Made by a program: the position numbers and the translations under genes. DNA of 20,000 nucleotides from the IMG/VR virus record IMGVR_UViG_3300025277_000014; one strand, 5' to 3'. Shown here piece by piece: positions 1-8,422 of the stretch. The DNA is from an uncultured virus (IMG/VR IMGVR_UViG_3300025277_000014) (Duplodnaviria > Heunggongvirae > Uroviricota > Caudoviricetes). Within the stretch, counting starts at the first letter, position 1; each line of letters starts with the position of its first letter. The notes beneath the pieces were generated by a model. That model ran no database searches and was not told where the DNA came from. It worked only from the letters and a program-made list of their open reading frames with translations.

Positions 1-2
1 GA

Positions 3-500
3 TATATTATTCCTTTTGACCAAGATTATATTGTGGATGCAACGGAGACTGATTTAAGTATTTCATCTGCCAACAAAGAACCTGAACCTGCGGGATTTCA
101 TAGTAAGACCCAACTTCCGTTAGGAGATGACAAGGGAAAAGAAAACGCAGGAAAATTTCATAACAAATGGCTAATTAGAACCCCACCAGGATATAGCTGT
201 TTATTTATTCAACCCCTTAATCGGACAGAAGAACGTTTTGAAGTCATATCAGGAGTGGTGGATACGGATACGTACATTAATGTAATTAATTTTCCTTTTC
301 ATTGGAAAAAATGGACTCAGCAAACCATTTTGAAAAAAGGAGAATCCATGGTTCAAGTAATTCCATTTAAACGAGAGTCATGGAAAAAATGGTCTGGCTT
401 TGTAATGGAAGTAGCCCATGGTCAAACCCTTCGACTTCTGGAAAGTAAGTTTATGGATCGGTATAAAAAAATGTTCTGGAATAAAAAAAGTTTTAAATAA
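3..500 (+). CDS. 5'-truncated conserved phage protein (DUF6065-like), first gene of the oxygenase cassette
   Basis: The frame is open from base 3 (YIIPFDQDYIVD...), so GTG 33 is not the true start. Motifs (G)YIIP, KFHNKWLIRTPPGYSCLFIQPLN, SGVVDTD, INFPF and KGESMVQVIPFKRE resemble a family commonly found beside phage 2OG-Fe(II) oxygenases. Confidence 0.6.
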   Translation, partial: YIIPFDQDYIVDATETDLSISSANKEPEPAGFHSKTQLPLGDDKGKENAGKFHNKWLIRTPPGYSCLFIQPLNRTEERFEVISGVVDTDTYINVINFPFHWKKWTQQTILKKGESMVQVIPFKRESWKKWSGFVMEVAHGQTLRLLESKFMDRYKKMFWNKKSFK

Positions 501-1037
501 ATGAAAAAATTAAGTGATTTTGTGAGATGCTACGAAAATGTAATTGACAAGAAGTTATGTGAAAAAATTGTCAATCAAAAAGATCTTACATTTTCACCCG
601 CTACTACGGGAGGATATGATAAAGTAAATCCTGATTATAGGAGGTGCTATATGAAATACTTAGATAATAAATTTGATAAAAATATTTTTAATATAATAGG
701 TAAAATTATTATTAAATATAAAAAGGAAATCCCAGATTTTTACACAGGACTAACGATTACAGACACAGGGTATGAGCATCTTTTATACAGGGGAAGTGAA
801 AAAGGAGAATATAAAGAACACACTGATAATTCGGATACATCTCCTCGTGTTTTAAGCTGTTCTTTAATTTTAAATGATGATTATGAAGGAGGCAATTTTG
901 CGTTTTTCGGAGGAGAATACATAGTTCCCAAGAAAGCTGGTAGTGCTGTTGTTTTTCCGAGTAATTTCTGTTTTCCCCATGCAGTCACCCCTGTTACAAA
1001 AGGAAATCGACACGCCGTCATCACTTGGATTCACTAA
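501..1037 (+). CDS. 2OG-Fe(II) oxygenase, prolyl-4-hydroxylase-like
   Basis: HxD in YKEHTD; RVLSCSLILNDDYEGG; distal His and 2OG-binding Arg in FPSNFCFPHAVTPVTKGNRHAVITW. Confidence 0.9.
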   Translation: MKKLSDFVRCYENVIDKKLCEKIVNQKDLTFSPATTGGYDKVNPDYRRCYMKYLDNKFDKNIFNIIGKIIIKYKKEIPDFYTGLTITDTGYEHLLYRGSEKGEYKEHTDNSDTSPRVLSCSLILNDDYEGGNFAFFGGEYIVPKKAGSAVVFPSNFCFPHAVTPVTKGNRHAVITWIH

Positions 1038-1783
1038 TGAATTTTAAAAAACTAATTTATCCTATGGGACTCGAAGAGTTTCTTTTAAAATACAACAACA
1101 ATGAATCCTTTATTATAAAAGGACATAAAGACAAATTTTCTAATTTAATTACTTTGGAGGAAATAGAATCTACCATTAATAATGGTTGTAATATTAATTC
1201 CCCCATGCAAATTATTAAAGATGGCGTCCGACACTATTATATCCAACAAAATTTAAAATGGAGTCAAGTGGCGCTTCAGAAGTCTGTTATAAAAAAATTA
1301 CTTGAAGAAAAACATAGTTTTATGATGATGAATCAAACACAAATCAATAAAAAAGTATCTGAACTCATAGACACAATTGAATCTACTTTCACTAATTCTC
1401 ATGCAGATCTACACTTGTATATTTCACCAAAAACGGCATCAACAGGATATGATGCCCATCGAGATCGTCCGCAGCATAAAATTTATATGCAAATAATAGG
1501 TATGACCCATTGGAAAATATATAAAATAATAAAAGAAATGCTAGAGGAGACAATAGCTTTTGAAGAAAAAGATGAAAAAGTGTATCTAGAGGAAGAAAAG
1601 AATTTTACTCTTGAACCAGGGGATCTGCTCTATATGCCTTCAGGAACATTCCATAAAGTGAGGAATGAAGAGGGTCCGCGAGTCTCGTTCAGCATTCCTT
1701 TCGTAATAGAAGAGAAAAAGAGTGAATATATGGATAGAACATATATTCCCTTTAAAGAACTTTTTGACACCTCTAGGGAATGA
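1037..1783 (+). CDS. JmjC/cupin-4 type 2OG-Fe(II) oxygenase (YcfD/ROX-like)
   Basis: HLYISP..STGYDAHRD (HxD); QIIGMTHWKIY; LEPGDLLYMPSGTFH; RVSFSI. Start moved to ATG 1037, which overlaps the upstream stop (TAATG). Confidence 0.85.
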   Translation: MNFKKLIYPMGLEEFLLKYNNNESFIIKGHKDKFSNLITLEEIESTINNGCNINSPMQIIKDGVRHYYIQQNLKWSQVALQKSVIKKLLEEKHSFMMMNQTQINKKVSELIDTIESTFTNSHADLHLYISPKTASTGYDAHRDRPQHKIYMQIIGMTHWKIYKIIKEMLEETIAFEEKDEKVYLEEEKNFTLEPGDLLYMPSGTFHKVRNEEGPRVSFSIPFVIEEKKSEYMDRTYIPFKELFDTSRE

Positions 1784-2322
1784 AAAATAAATATATATAT
1801 GTCAAAAACATGCTGTCCATGGATTTGGTAGAATACATCTCTACTTGGCATTTAAAAAACTATGAAAAAACAGCCAAAGATAGTCAAGTTCCTCTCGCTT
1901 TTTCAATTCATTCCAAGGACTCAGAAATTTATTATCATTTACTTCATCATTTACTCCCCATTATGGAAAAAGAAACTAATTTAAAGTTAAAGCCTATATA
2001 CAGTTATAGCAGAATTTATTTAGGTGGCGCCGAATTAAAAAAACATACCGACAGACAGGCTTGTGAAATAAGCGCTTCTATAACTTTAAAATATTTTTAC
2101 CATAATAAAGAATATCAATGGCCTCTTTGCATGGAAAATATACCCATAAATATTAAGTCAGGTGACGGGGTTATTTATAAAGGAGAGGAGATAGAGCATT
2201 GGAGGCCTATTTTTCAACAGCCAAAAAAATATTGGCATCATCAAGTTTTCGTGCATTATGTTGATTTAAATGGTCCTTATTCTGATGAGAAAGAGGAAGT
2301 TAATGTCAAAAGTATTTGTTAA
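1780..2322 (+). CDS. 2OG-Fe(II) oxygenase (marine phage type)
   Basis: YSYSRIY..GAELKKHTDRQACEISASITL (HxD); GDGVIYKGEEIEHWR; QVFVHYVD. ATGA overlap with the previous gene. Confidence 0.85.
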   Translation: MKNKYIYVKNMLSMDLVEYISTWHLKNYEKTAKDSQVPLAFSIHSKDSEIYYHLLHHLLPIMEKETNLKLKPIYSYSRIYLGGAELKKHTDRQACEISASITLKYFYHNKEYQWPLCMENIPINIKSGDGVIYKGEEIEHWRPIFQQPKKYWHHQVFVHYVDLNGPYSDEKEEVNVKSIC

Positions 2323-2821
2323 AGAAAATTTTTTTCCATTAGAGATTTATAATTTTATTGTGAAAGAAATACTATCTGTTGAATATAAACCTCCTCCTAA
2401 AGAGTCAAGAGAACAGTATCAAGGTAATTACTGGAATACTCATTATTTACCAAAAGGATGCGAGCTGCAAACAAAAATGAAAGAACTTGTCGCAGAACAT
2501 TTTTATTTTGATGATTTTAGTTATATAGATTCTTGCTACACAATGGTGGGAGCAGCAGATAAACCTAGACCTCACATCGATCAGTCAATAGGAGCAACTC
2601 ATCAACTTTTAATTTACATGCATGGCGAAGAATCTAGAAACAACGGAACAGGTTTTTATCATGTTACCGATGATGATCAATTAGAATTAAGTTATCATGT
2701 GGGTTTTAAAAAAAACAGAGCAGTTTTTTGGACCTCTGATATATATCATGCTCCTCTTCAATGGGCTGGAGGTGGTTCTTTTAGATACTCTATTGCTAGT
2801 TTTTTAAAAAAATCAAGTTAA
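2303..2821 (+). CDS. 2OG-Fe(II) oxygenase (DUF6445-like)
   Basis: V.ENFF N-terminus; PRPHID (HxD); GTGFY; NRAVFWTSDIYHAP; terminal RYSIASF. Start placed at ATG 2303, preceded by GAGGA. Confidence 0.75.
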   Translation: MSKVFVKENFFPLEIYNFIVKEILSVEYKPPPKESREQYQGNYWNTHYLPKGCELQTKMKELVAEHFYFDDFSYIDSCYTMVGAADKPRPHIDQSIGATHQLLIYMHGEESRNNGTGFYHVTDDDQLELSYHVGFKKNRAVFWTSDIYHAPLQWAGGGSFRYSIASFLKKSS

Positions 2822-3252
2822 GAATAGTTAGGATCGTAATCAATCCAAGTTTTATTCCAATCCCAAGCCAAAGGCGCTTCAACGTCGTTAAAAGTTTCTA
2901 TTGAGTTTCCCGCATCCACCCAGGCAATTCCCGCATTTTCAAAAGCATTATCATAGTCCATTACAGCTTCGAGAATCTGGCTTTTTCTTGTTTCACTCCA
3001 AGTTAATAATTCTTGAATTGTTGTGGAGCCCACGGAATCAGAGACATCTGATAACACAATATTCCCCGCCATTTCAGGGGGGTCACTGTCCGCTACCTTA
3101 GTTTGAATTTCCTTCTGTCCTGAAGTCCATAAAATATAATGAACGGTATTCTCTAGTGCAGGCATGGCGTTTCCCTTATCCGCCCATTTAATAATATAAG
3201 AATCATCTATGTTAGTATAGTCGTTATTTGATACTACAATATGAGTGGCCAT
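2818..3252 (-). CDS. Acidic hypothetical protein after the tail fibre (possible fibre assembly chaperone)
   Basis: 144-aa ORF immediately downstream of the tail-collar gene; Trp- and Asp-rich. Function inferred from position only. Confidence 0.45.
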   Translation of the reverse strand: MATHIVVSNNDYTNIDDSYIIKWADKGNAMPALENTVHYILWTSGQKEIQTKVADSDPPEMAGNIVLSDVSDSVGSTTIQELLTWSETRKSQILEAVMDYDNAFENAGIAWVDAGNSIETFNDVEAPLAWDWNKTWIDYDPNYS

Positions 3253-3261
3253 AAATATTCC

Positions 3262-3918
3262 TTAGTGTTTTATAATGTAGTTAACCACCACGTAAGGTGA
3301 AAAAGTATTGTTTCCCGCTGCCGTTACCGTTCCTGTAAGTGTAGAAGCTACTGCCACAGTACCTGTCAGTGTTCCCGCCAAGGTGTGAGCATGATTGTGC
3401 CCCGTTCCTGAACCTGAATTTTCCGTGTTCCGTGGGCTTTGCGGGTGTACGAAGCCTTCTTGTTGTCCCCCTTGTCCTGGCCCTCTTCCTGGGTCGACTG
3501 TATTTTGGAACCATATTACGTAATCATGATCATGAGAGGCTAGTTGAGCCGTGGTGAGTGATGTATTGGAAATAGATCCCGTTACCGTTACCGCTTGGTT
3601 ATTGGTAACAGTATTAGTTGCCGCTTGGTTATTGGTAACAGCCACGGTTACCGTATTAGCACCGCCCGTTGCCGCTAGGTTATAAGTGTTTCCATCGTAT
3701 CCTTGTGGAGTTTTACCTTGTAGTTGGGGAACATTAAAAGTTGTTGATCCGTTGCCCGCTCCATAGGTATCTCCAAGAACCACATAAAGTTCCGCATAGG
3801 TTGTTCGTGATACAGCGGTTCCGTCGCATAATAAATATCCGCTGGGAGCCGTAGTTTTTCCCCAAGGCTTGATTGTACCTACTTCGCTTCTGTTTGTAAA
3901 ATCCTGTAGATTAGTCAT
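3262..3918 (-). CDS. Tail-collar domain protein / short tail fibre
   Basis: Collar motif GTIKPWGKTTAPSGYLLCDGTAVSRTTYAELY..LG.TYGAGNGSTTFNVPQLQG; HxH motifs (SHDH, HNHAH); C-terminal PYVVVNYIIK. Confidence 0.9.
   Translation of the reverse strand: MTNLQDFTNRSEVGTIKPWGKTTAPSGYLLCDGTAVSRTTYAELYVVLGDTYGAGNGSTTFNVPQLQGKTPQGYDGNTYNLAATGGANTVTVAVTNNQAATNTVTNNQAVTVTGSISNTSLTTAQLASHDHDYVIWFQNTVDPGRGPGQGGQQEGFVHPQSPRNTENSGSGTGHNHAHTLAGTLTGTVAVASTLTGTVTAAGNNTFSPYVVVNYIIKH
3591..3641. repeat. Direct repeat of 21 bp with a 30-bp period inside the tail-fibre gene (encodes VTNNQA twice)
   Basis: ccgcttggttattggtaacag at 3591-3611 and 3621-3641. Confidence 0.9.
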
Positions 3919-4648
3919 TGTACTTTAGCCTCCAACCATTTGTTGAATCGTAGTATACCAAAGAAACCCCTGCACTGTTAGTTGAAATTGTCATATCGGC
4001 TGCATCTCCTTGAACTTTTTCAGCTCCTCCATCAATAGTAATATTATTGGTTCCCGCACTTCCTGTACCATCAATGACTTTTACTTGCATTCCAATTGTA
4101 GGAGAGGCGGGTAATGTTATTGTGACTACGTCACTTGAGCAGTCAACAAAAATATTATCGCCGTCTGAGGCTGTATAAGGGGAATCACTATCAGTTTTTT
4201 CCACCCATGCTTCGCCTAATCCAGCTAAAGAAAAAATATCGTACCAGTTGGTACCATCAGTAGAAACTAAACGGTACTTACCATTTGCAATACTCATAGT
4301 ATTGCCTGTAGCTCCTAATCTGGCAGTGATAGTGGCACCACCACTAATATTATTATAAAGTCCGTAAGTTTTTTGAGTTTCTGGAAATTGAATTGTCTGA
4401 GTTGCCGAAACAGTCCCTGAGAAAAGTAATGTATTTTGTCTGGCTTGGTTGTTGGCCGCGGTATCGGGTCCGTCGGCATTGGTTAATGTTATCCCAGTTC
4501 CTGTTGTAAGAGCAGGTACTGCATATACACCAGCAATAGCGAATTCAAAAACCTGGGAAAAGTTATTGTTGGTAATGGTTCCCCATGTACCTGAATTTTC
4601 CCCTGTTACTTGTAATTCCGTTCTAAGACCAGTTGAATACGTTACCAT
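3911..4648 (-). CDS. Tail/fibre-attachment structural protein with a C-terminal T4 gp9/gp10-like domain
   Basis: N-terminal ELQVTGENSGTWGTITN; C-terminal YTASDGDNIFVD...TITLPASPTIG..VKVID...TNNITID...VSLVY.DSTNGW pattern. Confidence 0.65.
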   Translation of the reverse strand: MVTYSTGLRTELQVTGENSGTWGTITNNNFSQVFEFAIAGVYAVPALTTGTGITLTNADGPDTAANNQARQNTLLFSGTVSATQTIQFPETQKTYGLYNNISGGATITARLGATGNTMSIANGKYRLVSTDGTNWYDIFSLAGLGEAWVEKTDSDSPYTASDGDNIFVDCSSDVVTITLPASPTIGMQVKVIDGTGSAGTNNITIDGGAEKVQGDAADMTISTNSAGVSLVYYDSTNGWRLKYND

Positions 4649-4678
4649 TTAATCTCCTAATACCTTTTTTTAATGATT

Positions 4679-5797
4679 TTATGCAGCCTTGTCAACTTCT
4701 ACCCAAACGGCTGTTTGCGAGTCATCCACTTCTTGCCAGAAGGTACCTCGTAATGTTCCTGTACTACTTGTAGCAGAAACCCCTGTTATTGTAAAGACAA
4801 CATCTGTTTGAATATTCAAGGTTCCTGGGCTCGAAGTTAATAAATTTCCTGTAGCTGCATAGCTTGATTCCTGCCCTGCATCCCCAATATTGGATGTCAT
4901 GGCTTGGCCAGTAACGGTGATATCAAAATCCGCCGTTCCCGTTGCATCGCCTTCTGATGAAGTTAAATCATTACCATCAACGTCCACATCAACATCAATG
5001 TTAATGGTTTCTTCCCCTAGAGAGGAAGTCAGTCCCGCCGCTGTGAGAGTAACATTACAGTCTCCCGTAATGGTGGATGATCCCAATGATCCAGTTGCCA
5101 CTGTTCCCGTGGGATAAACACCTGGGCTGATGGCAATTAATGGAGCCCCTAAACTTACATCTAATTCTGGTTCACTAGCAGCTACAACCGTTATTGTTGC
5201 ATCAGCCGTAATTGAGTATGTTCCAATACTTGTTGCTGCTTGAACACCTGATGGGAAGGCAAAAGGAATCATGACTCCCGCGGTAGATGTTGCACCTTGT
5301 CCTGTTACTGTAATATCAACATCGGCACTCGCAACAGCGTCACCAGCACTTGCTGTCGCACTGACTCCCGTTAAAGCGTATTCAGTTGCTAAAGTCCCCC
5401 AAAGATTATCCCCCCATCCAATTATTGTTCCCGTATCGGCATTGTAGCCCCGTCCCCAACCAGATTGTGCCACTCCTCCCGCCGTTTCCTCTCCTAAAAT
5501 AGCGGTAAGACCATTAGCCGTGGGACTAACATCCGCATTAGCGGTAGTAGTTACATCATTAGTATTGGAAGTGAGTGTCTGTGATTGTACGACAGTAACA
5601 TTAGCAATGCCTTCTGCGATGGCATCACCAGCAGTAGACGTACCATAGACGCCAGTAAGCGTGATATTACAATCACCCGTAATAGTGGGCGTTGCAGCGC
5701 TTGACGTAAGGCCGTCACCTGTCGCGGCAACGGGTGCGTACTCTCCCCACGCGCCACTGCCCCAAGTCTCTCGGCCCCATCCTTGTAGAGAGGCCAT
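4679..5797 (-). CDS. Thr/Gly/Ala-rich repetitive virion structural protein
   Basis: 372 aa, acidic, with GWG/WG motifs and recurring V.VTG...T.S.G units; lies in the tail module. Confidence 0.6.
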   Translation of the reverse strand: MASLQGWGRETWGSGAWGEYAPVAATGDGLTSSAATPTITGDCNITLTGVYGTSTAGDAIAEGIANVTVVQSQTLTSNTNDVTTTANADVSPTANGLTAILGEETAGGVAQSGWGRGYNADTGTIIGWGDNLWGTLATEYALTGVSATASAGDAVASADVDITVTGQGATSTAGVMIPFAFPSGVQAATSIGTYSITADATITVVAASEPELDVSLGAPLIAISPGVYPTGTVATGSLGSSTITGDCNVTLTAAGLTSSLGEETINIDVDVDVDGNDLTSSEGDATGTADFDITVTGQAMTSNIGDAGQESSYAATGNLLTSSPGTLNIQTDVVFTITGVSATSSTGTLRGTFWQEVDDSQTAVWVEVDKAA

Positions 5798-5808
5798 GAT
5801 TTATTCTC

Positions 5809-6258
5809 CTATGCGATCCTTAAAATTGCAGCAGTCGCTTCAGCTGCAGGAAACGTAATTGTAAATGTTCCTGAAGTCGAAGTTTTAACTCCACCAAAAT
5901 CTAAAACACAAACAGCCGCATTGGTTGTTAAACCAGTTACTGTAGAACTGTTATAAATCACGGCAGCTTGTGCAGAAATAGTCGCACTTGTGAATGAAAG
6001 ATCGGGTGAAAAATCACACACAGCCGTATCAGTTGATAACACGGGAGTCACCGATGTTAATGCTCCGCCACCAGCTGAATAAGTGCCTGAGTTACTTACC
6101 TCGTCGGGTGTGTCGTAGATAGTAGTTGATTTACTTAAAGTTGCTTCACTATCAAAAAGCGCCAATTTAAAAGTGTTCCCTGTCGTTGCCGTAAAATCAT
6201 GCAAAGCTTTCAGGATCTCCACTTTAAAACTGTTACAAACAGCTTGTACTATAGCCAT
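5809..6258 (-). CDS. Conserved virion structural protein (tail region)
   Basis: MAI.QAVCNSFK.E.L...HDF...GNTFKLAL and AVCVLDFGG.KTST.GTFTI.FP signature; GGAGG RBS. Confidence 0.65.
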   Translation of the reverse strand: MAIVQAVCNSFKVEILKALHDFTATTGNTFKLALFDSEATLSKSTTIYDTPDEVSNSGTYSAGGGALTSVTPVLSTDTAVCDFSPDLSFTSATISAQAAVIYNSSTVTGLTTNAAVCVLDFGGVKTSTSGTFTITFPAAEATAAILRIA

Positions 6259-6269
6259 AATAACCTCCT

Positions 6270-6923
6270 TTAGGGGTTCCTTGATTCGAGAGGGACACGA
6301 ATGACGCCGTCTCTATATTCGTCCCTACGATCACGCCCCATCTCATATGTGGCAAGATTCTGTACAGACTGATTATATTTTTTATCATATAGTTGTATCA
6401 TATCTGTCGGACCTTTCAAGTATCCAAGTCCTTCTAATATACAACCATATAACAGCACGTTGGGAGCATTTTGACTGATCCACGTGGAGGTGTTGGACGC
6501 CGATAAGTTATCAGGCATCCTTAGATATGCAAGTTCAACAGCTATGTTGGCACTTGGTGTTGGCGCAATATAATGCGTGTCTTGATCCCAATCAGCATAA
6601 TACTTAGGAGTACCCGTTGCTGTTCTATCAGGCCAATACTCTGTCATAAATGAAATATCCTTCTGTAGCAAGGTTGTTCTTACATCCGAGACAACAATTT
6701 GAAGAAATCGAGTAGCCCTCCAGTCTCCTGGAAGGGAAAGAAAAGCGTTATCTACGGTTAAATTAGCCGTATCATATTTACGGTAATAACTGAGATCCAC
6801 TTCCTTAAATAATTTATTTTCAACATTCACGATGAATGTATTAATGACAGCATCCGTGAGTACATCACTGGATGTCTCCGTGTAATTTCTTACGTTTGTT
6901 AATAAATCAGAATAATCGGTCAT
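6270..6923 (-). CDS. Head-tail adaptor / tail tubular protein
   Basis: Y..L...V.NY.E helical N-terminus; GTPKYYA; IAPTP; TWIS..AP.VLLYG..LE; RRDEYRDG. Position is in the neck region. Confidence 0.6.
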   Translation of the reverse strand: MTDYSDLLTNVRNYTETSSDVLTDAVINTFIVNVENKLFKEVDLSYYRKYDTANLTVDNAFLSLPGDWRATRFLQIVVSDVRTTLLQKDISFMTEYWPDRTATGTPKYYADWDQDTHYIAPTPSANIAVELAYLRMPDNLSASNTSTWISQNAPNVLLYGCILEGLGYLKGPTDMIQLYDKKYNQSVQNLATYEMGRDRRDEYRDGVIRVPLESRNP

Positions 6924-7321
6924 GTTGTAGTCACTGTAACCTTTCCTACAAAACTATGCAACAAAGTTGGCTTATTGGGTTGTTGAACCCCTAACGGTTG
7001 CATACTTCTTACAAAGCCTGGATAAGACACCCCATTGGCGTAGTAGAGAGTGACAGCTTCTTGCAGTGTTTCAAAACTATTTACGTTTGTGCCAATTCGT
7101 CCCACATAGACTGTGGAATTGGCAACTTGAGGCATTGCATGTTGCAACGCTTCAAAATCAGTAGGATGATTTTTAGGATCGATCTGAGCGGCTTTTGGCT
7201 CAAATTCACTGTAGTGAACCCACACTCCATTCCATTCCTGTACCATTTCAGTGTAAGGATAGGCCATCCCATCACGATCGGAAATCCTTTGAGCGAACTT
7301 ACCGGTAGCGTATTTACCCAT
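6920..7321 (-). CDS. Conserved hypothetical phage protein
   Basis: YATGKFAQRISDRDG..YPY..MV.EWNG..VH.SEFEPK motif; coupled at both ends (TAATG and ATGA). Confidence 0.6.
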   Translation of the reverse strand: MGKYATGKFAQRISDRDGMAYPYTEMVQEWNGVWVHYSEFEPKAAQIDPKNHPTDFEALQHAMPQVANSTVYVGRIGTNVNSFETLQEAVTLYYANGVSYPGFVRSMQPLGVQQPNKPTLLHSFVGKVTVTTT

Positions 7322-8016
7322 TAGTTAATCCATGTTTGCCGCGGAACCACACTATAACTAGCTTTCTCCACGTCTTCATTGGCCGCGCGCTGGAACTCCT
7401 CCTCATAGAGAGGTTTAAGTAAAGCGACACGATCTGGTTGATATTTCAATGCCATATAATAAGCCAATCCCGCAACCATGCAGGGAATGAATCGAAATGG
7501 AATTTGTGCGTTATTCGTATAGCTGCCAGCATCAAACATACGAATTAAGGCATAATAAATAAAAGTATAGTCACTTGAAGGTTCAGGGTACAGATAAACT
7601 GTTGGATTTATTGTTCGTTCAAAATAAAACTGTGTAGGACGTCCTGATGTTGATTTTACAGTATAATTCCAATAAGTGCTTCTGCCAATTCTCGTCATCG
7701 CAAAATCATTATTACTGCTGTCGCGCATCACACAATTGGTGATGTCAATAATGGTCTGGGTGTCCCCTCCCGTGAGCAAAGTCGCTCCTGACAAGGGATT
7801 AGTGAATCCTGCTGATGCAACAGCAATTTCTTGTTTTTGAATCGTCCATAGATTAAGGCCTCTATTCGCCCAATCGGCAAACATGATGTTAAGAGAACGG
7901 CGCGCGGTTTTTATTTCATAACCAGTACGGTCTTGCAAACCGCACCGTTCAAAAGCCTCTTCTACAATATCATCGATTGCAAGGTCGAAACTCGCTGTGG
8001 AAGCATATGTTGGCAT
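7321..8016 (-). CDS. Head-tail connector / tail tubular-like protein
   Basis: FDL.IDDIVEEAFERCG...TGYEIKTARRSLN.MFADWANRGLNLWT; GRPTQFY; P.RFIPCMVAGLAYY; LK..YEEEF.RA. Confidence 0.6.
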   Translation of the reverse strand: MPTYASTASFDLAIDDIVEEAFERCGLQDRTGYEIKTARRSLNIMFADWANRGLNLWTIQKQEIAVASAGFTNPLSGATLLTGGDTQTIIDITNCVMRDSSNNDFAMTRIGRSTYWNYTVKSTSGRPTQFYFERTINPTVYLYPEPSSDYTFIYYALIRMFDAGSYTNNAQIPFRFIPCMVAGLAYYMALKYQPDRVALLKPLYEEEFQRAANEDVEKASYSVVPRQTWIN

Positions 8017-8019
8017 CGA

Positions 8020-8421
8020 TTACTTCGCAATCCCCATACCACGCTTGGCTATTCCGCCTCCGCGACGTCTAATTGCTCCACCTTTCTTGTAGCCTCTGTT
8101 AAGTTCACCGATGACTCGTCTTTTCTCAGCTCTTCGATTAGGGTTCATGCGTTCTGCATCAATACGACCTACTTCCTCTAGTAAATTCCTTCTTCCTGAT
8201 CCACCTGCTTGACGCTTAATTGCGCCACCATCAGCTTTAGCAATGCCTTTTCCTCTTTTAGCGATGCCTCCACCTCGTTTATTGATAACACCTTTGCCTT
8301 TGCCACTACCAAATTTTCCGTAAGATTCATCAGCGCTTGCTTTTAGTTCTTTTGCAGTGCGAGGTTTTTTAATTCTCTCCGCAACAGACTCGTCTTTACG
8401 AGCTTTATATCCTTGTGCCAT
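8020..8421 (-). CDS. Highly basic Lys/Arg/Gly-rich protein with internal repeats
   Basis: RGGGIAKRG.GIAK occurs twice and GGAI[KR]R twice; GGAGG RBS. Confidence 0.7.
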   Translation of the reverse strand: MAQGYKARKDESVAERIKKPRTAKELKASADESYGKFGSGKGKGVINKRGGGIAKRGKGIAKADGGAIKRQAGGSGRRNLLEEVGRIDAERMNPNRRAEKRRVIGELNRGYKKGGAIRRRGGGIAKRGMGIAK

Positions 8422-8422
8422 A

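Noticed and set aside
1630..1851. Minus-strand 73-aa ORF
   Set aside because: Antisense shadow of two well-supported oxygenase genes; no motifs.
3262..3918. Diversity-generating retroelement acting on the fibre
   Set aside because: No reverse transcriptase and no template/variable repeat pair with adenine-specific mismatches seen in the window.
2901..5858. Short alternative ORFs (2901, 3281, 3369, 4449, 4890, 5551, 5661)
   Set aside because: Antisense or out-of-frame within convincing tail genes; no RBS or motif support noticed.
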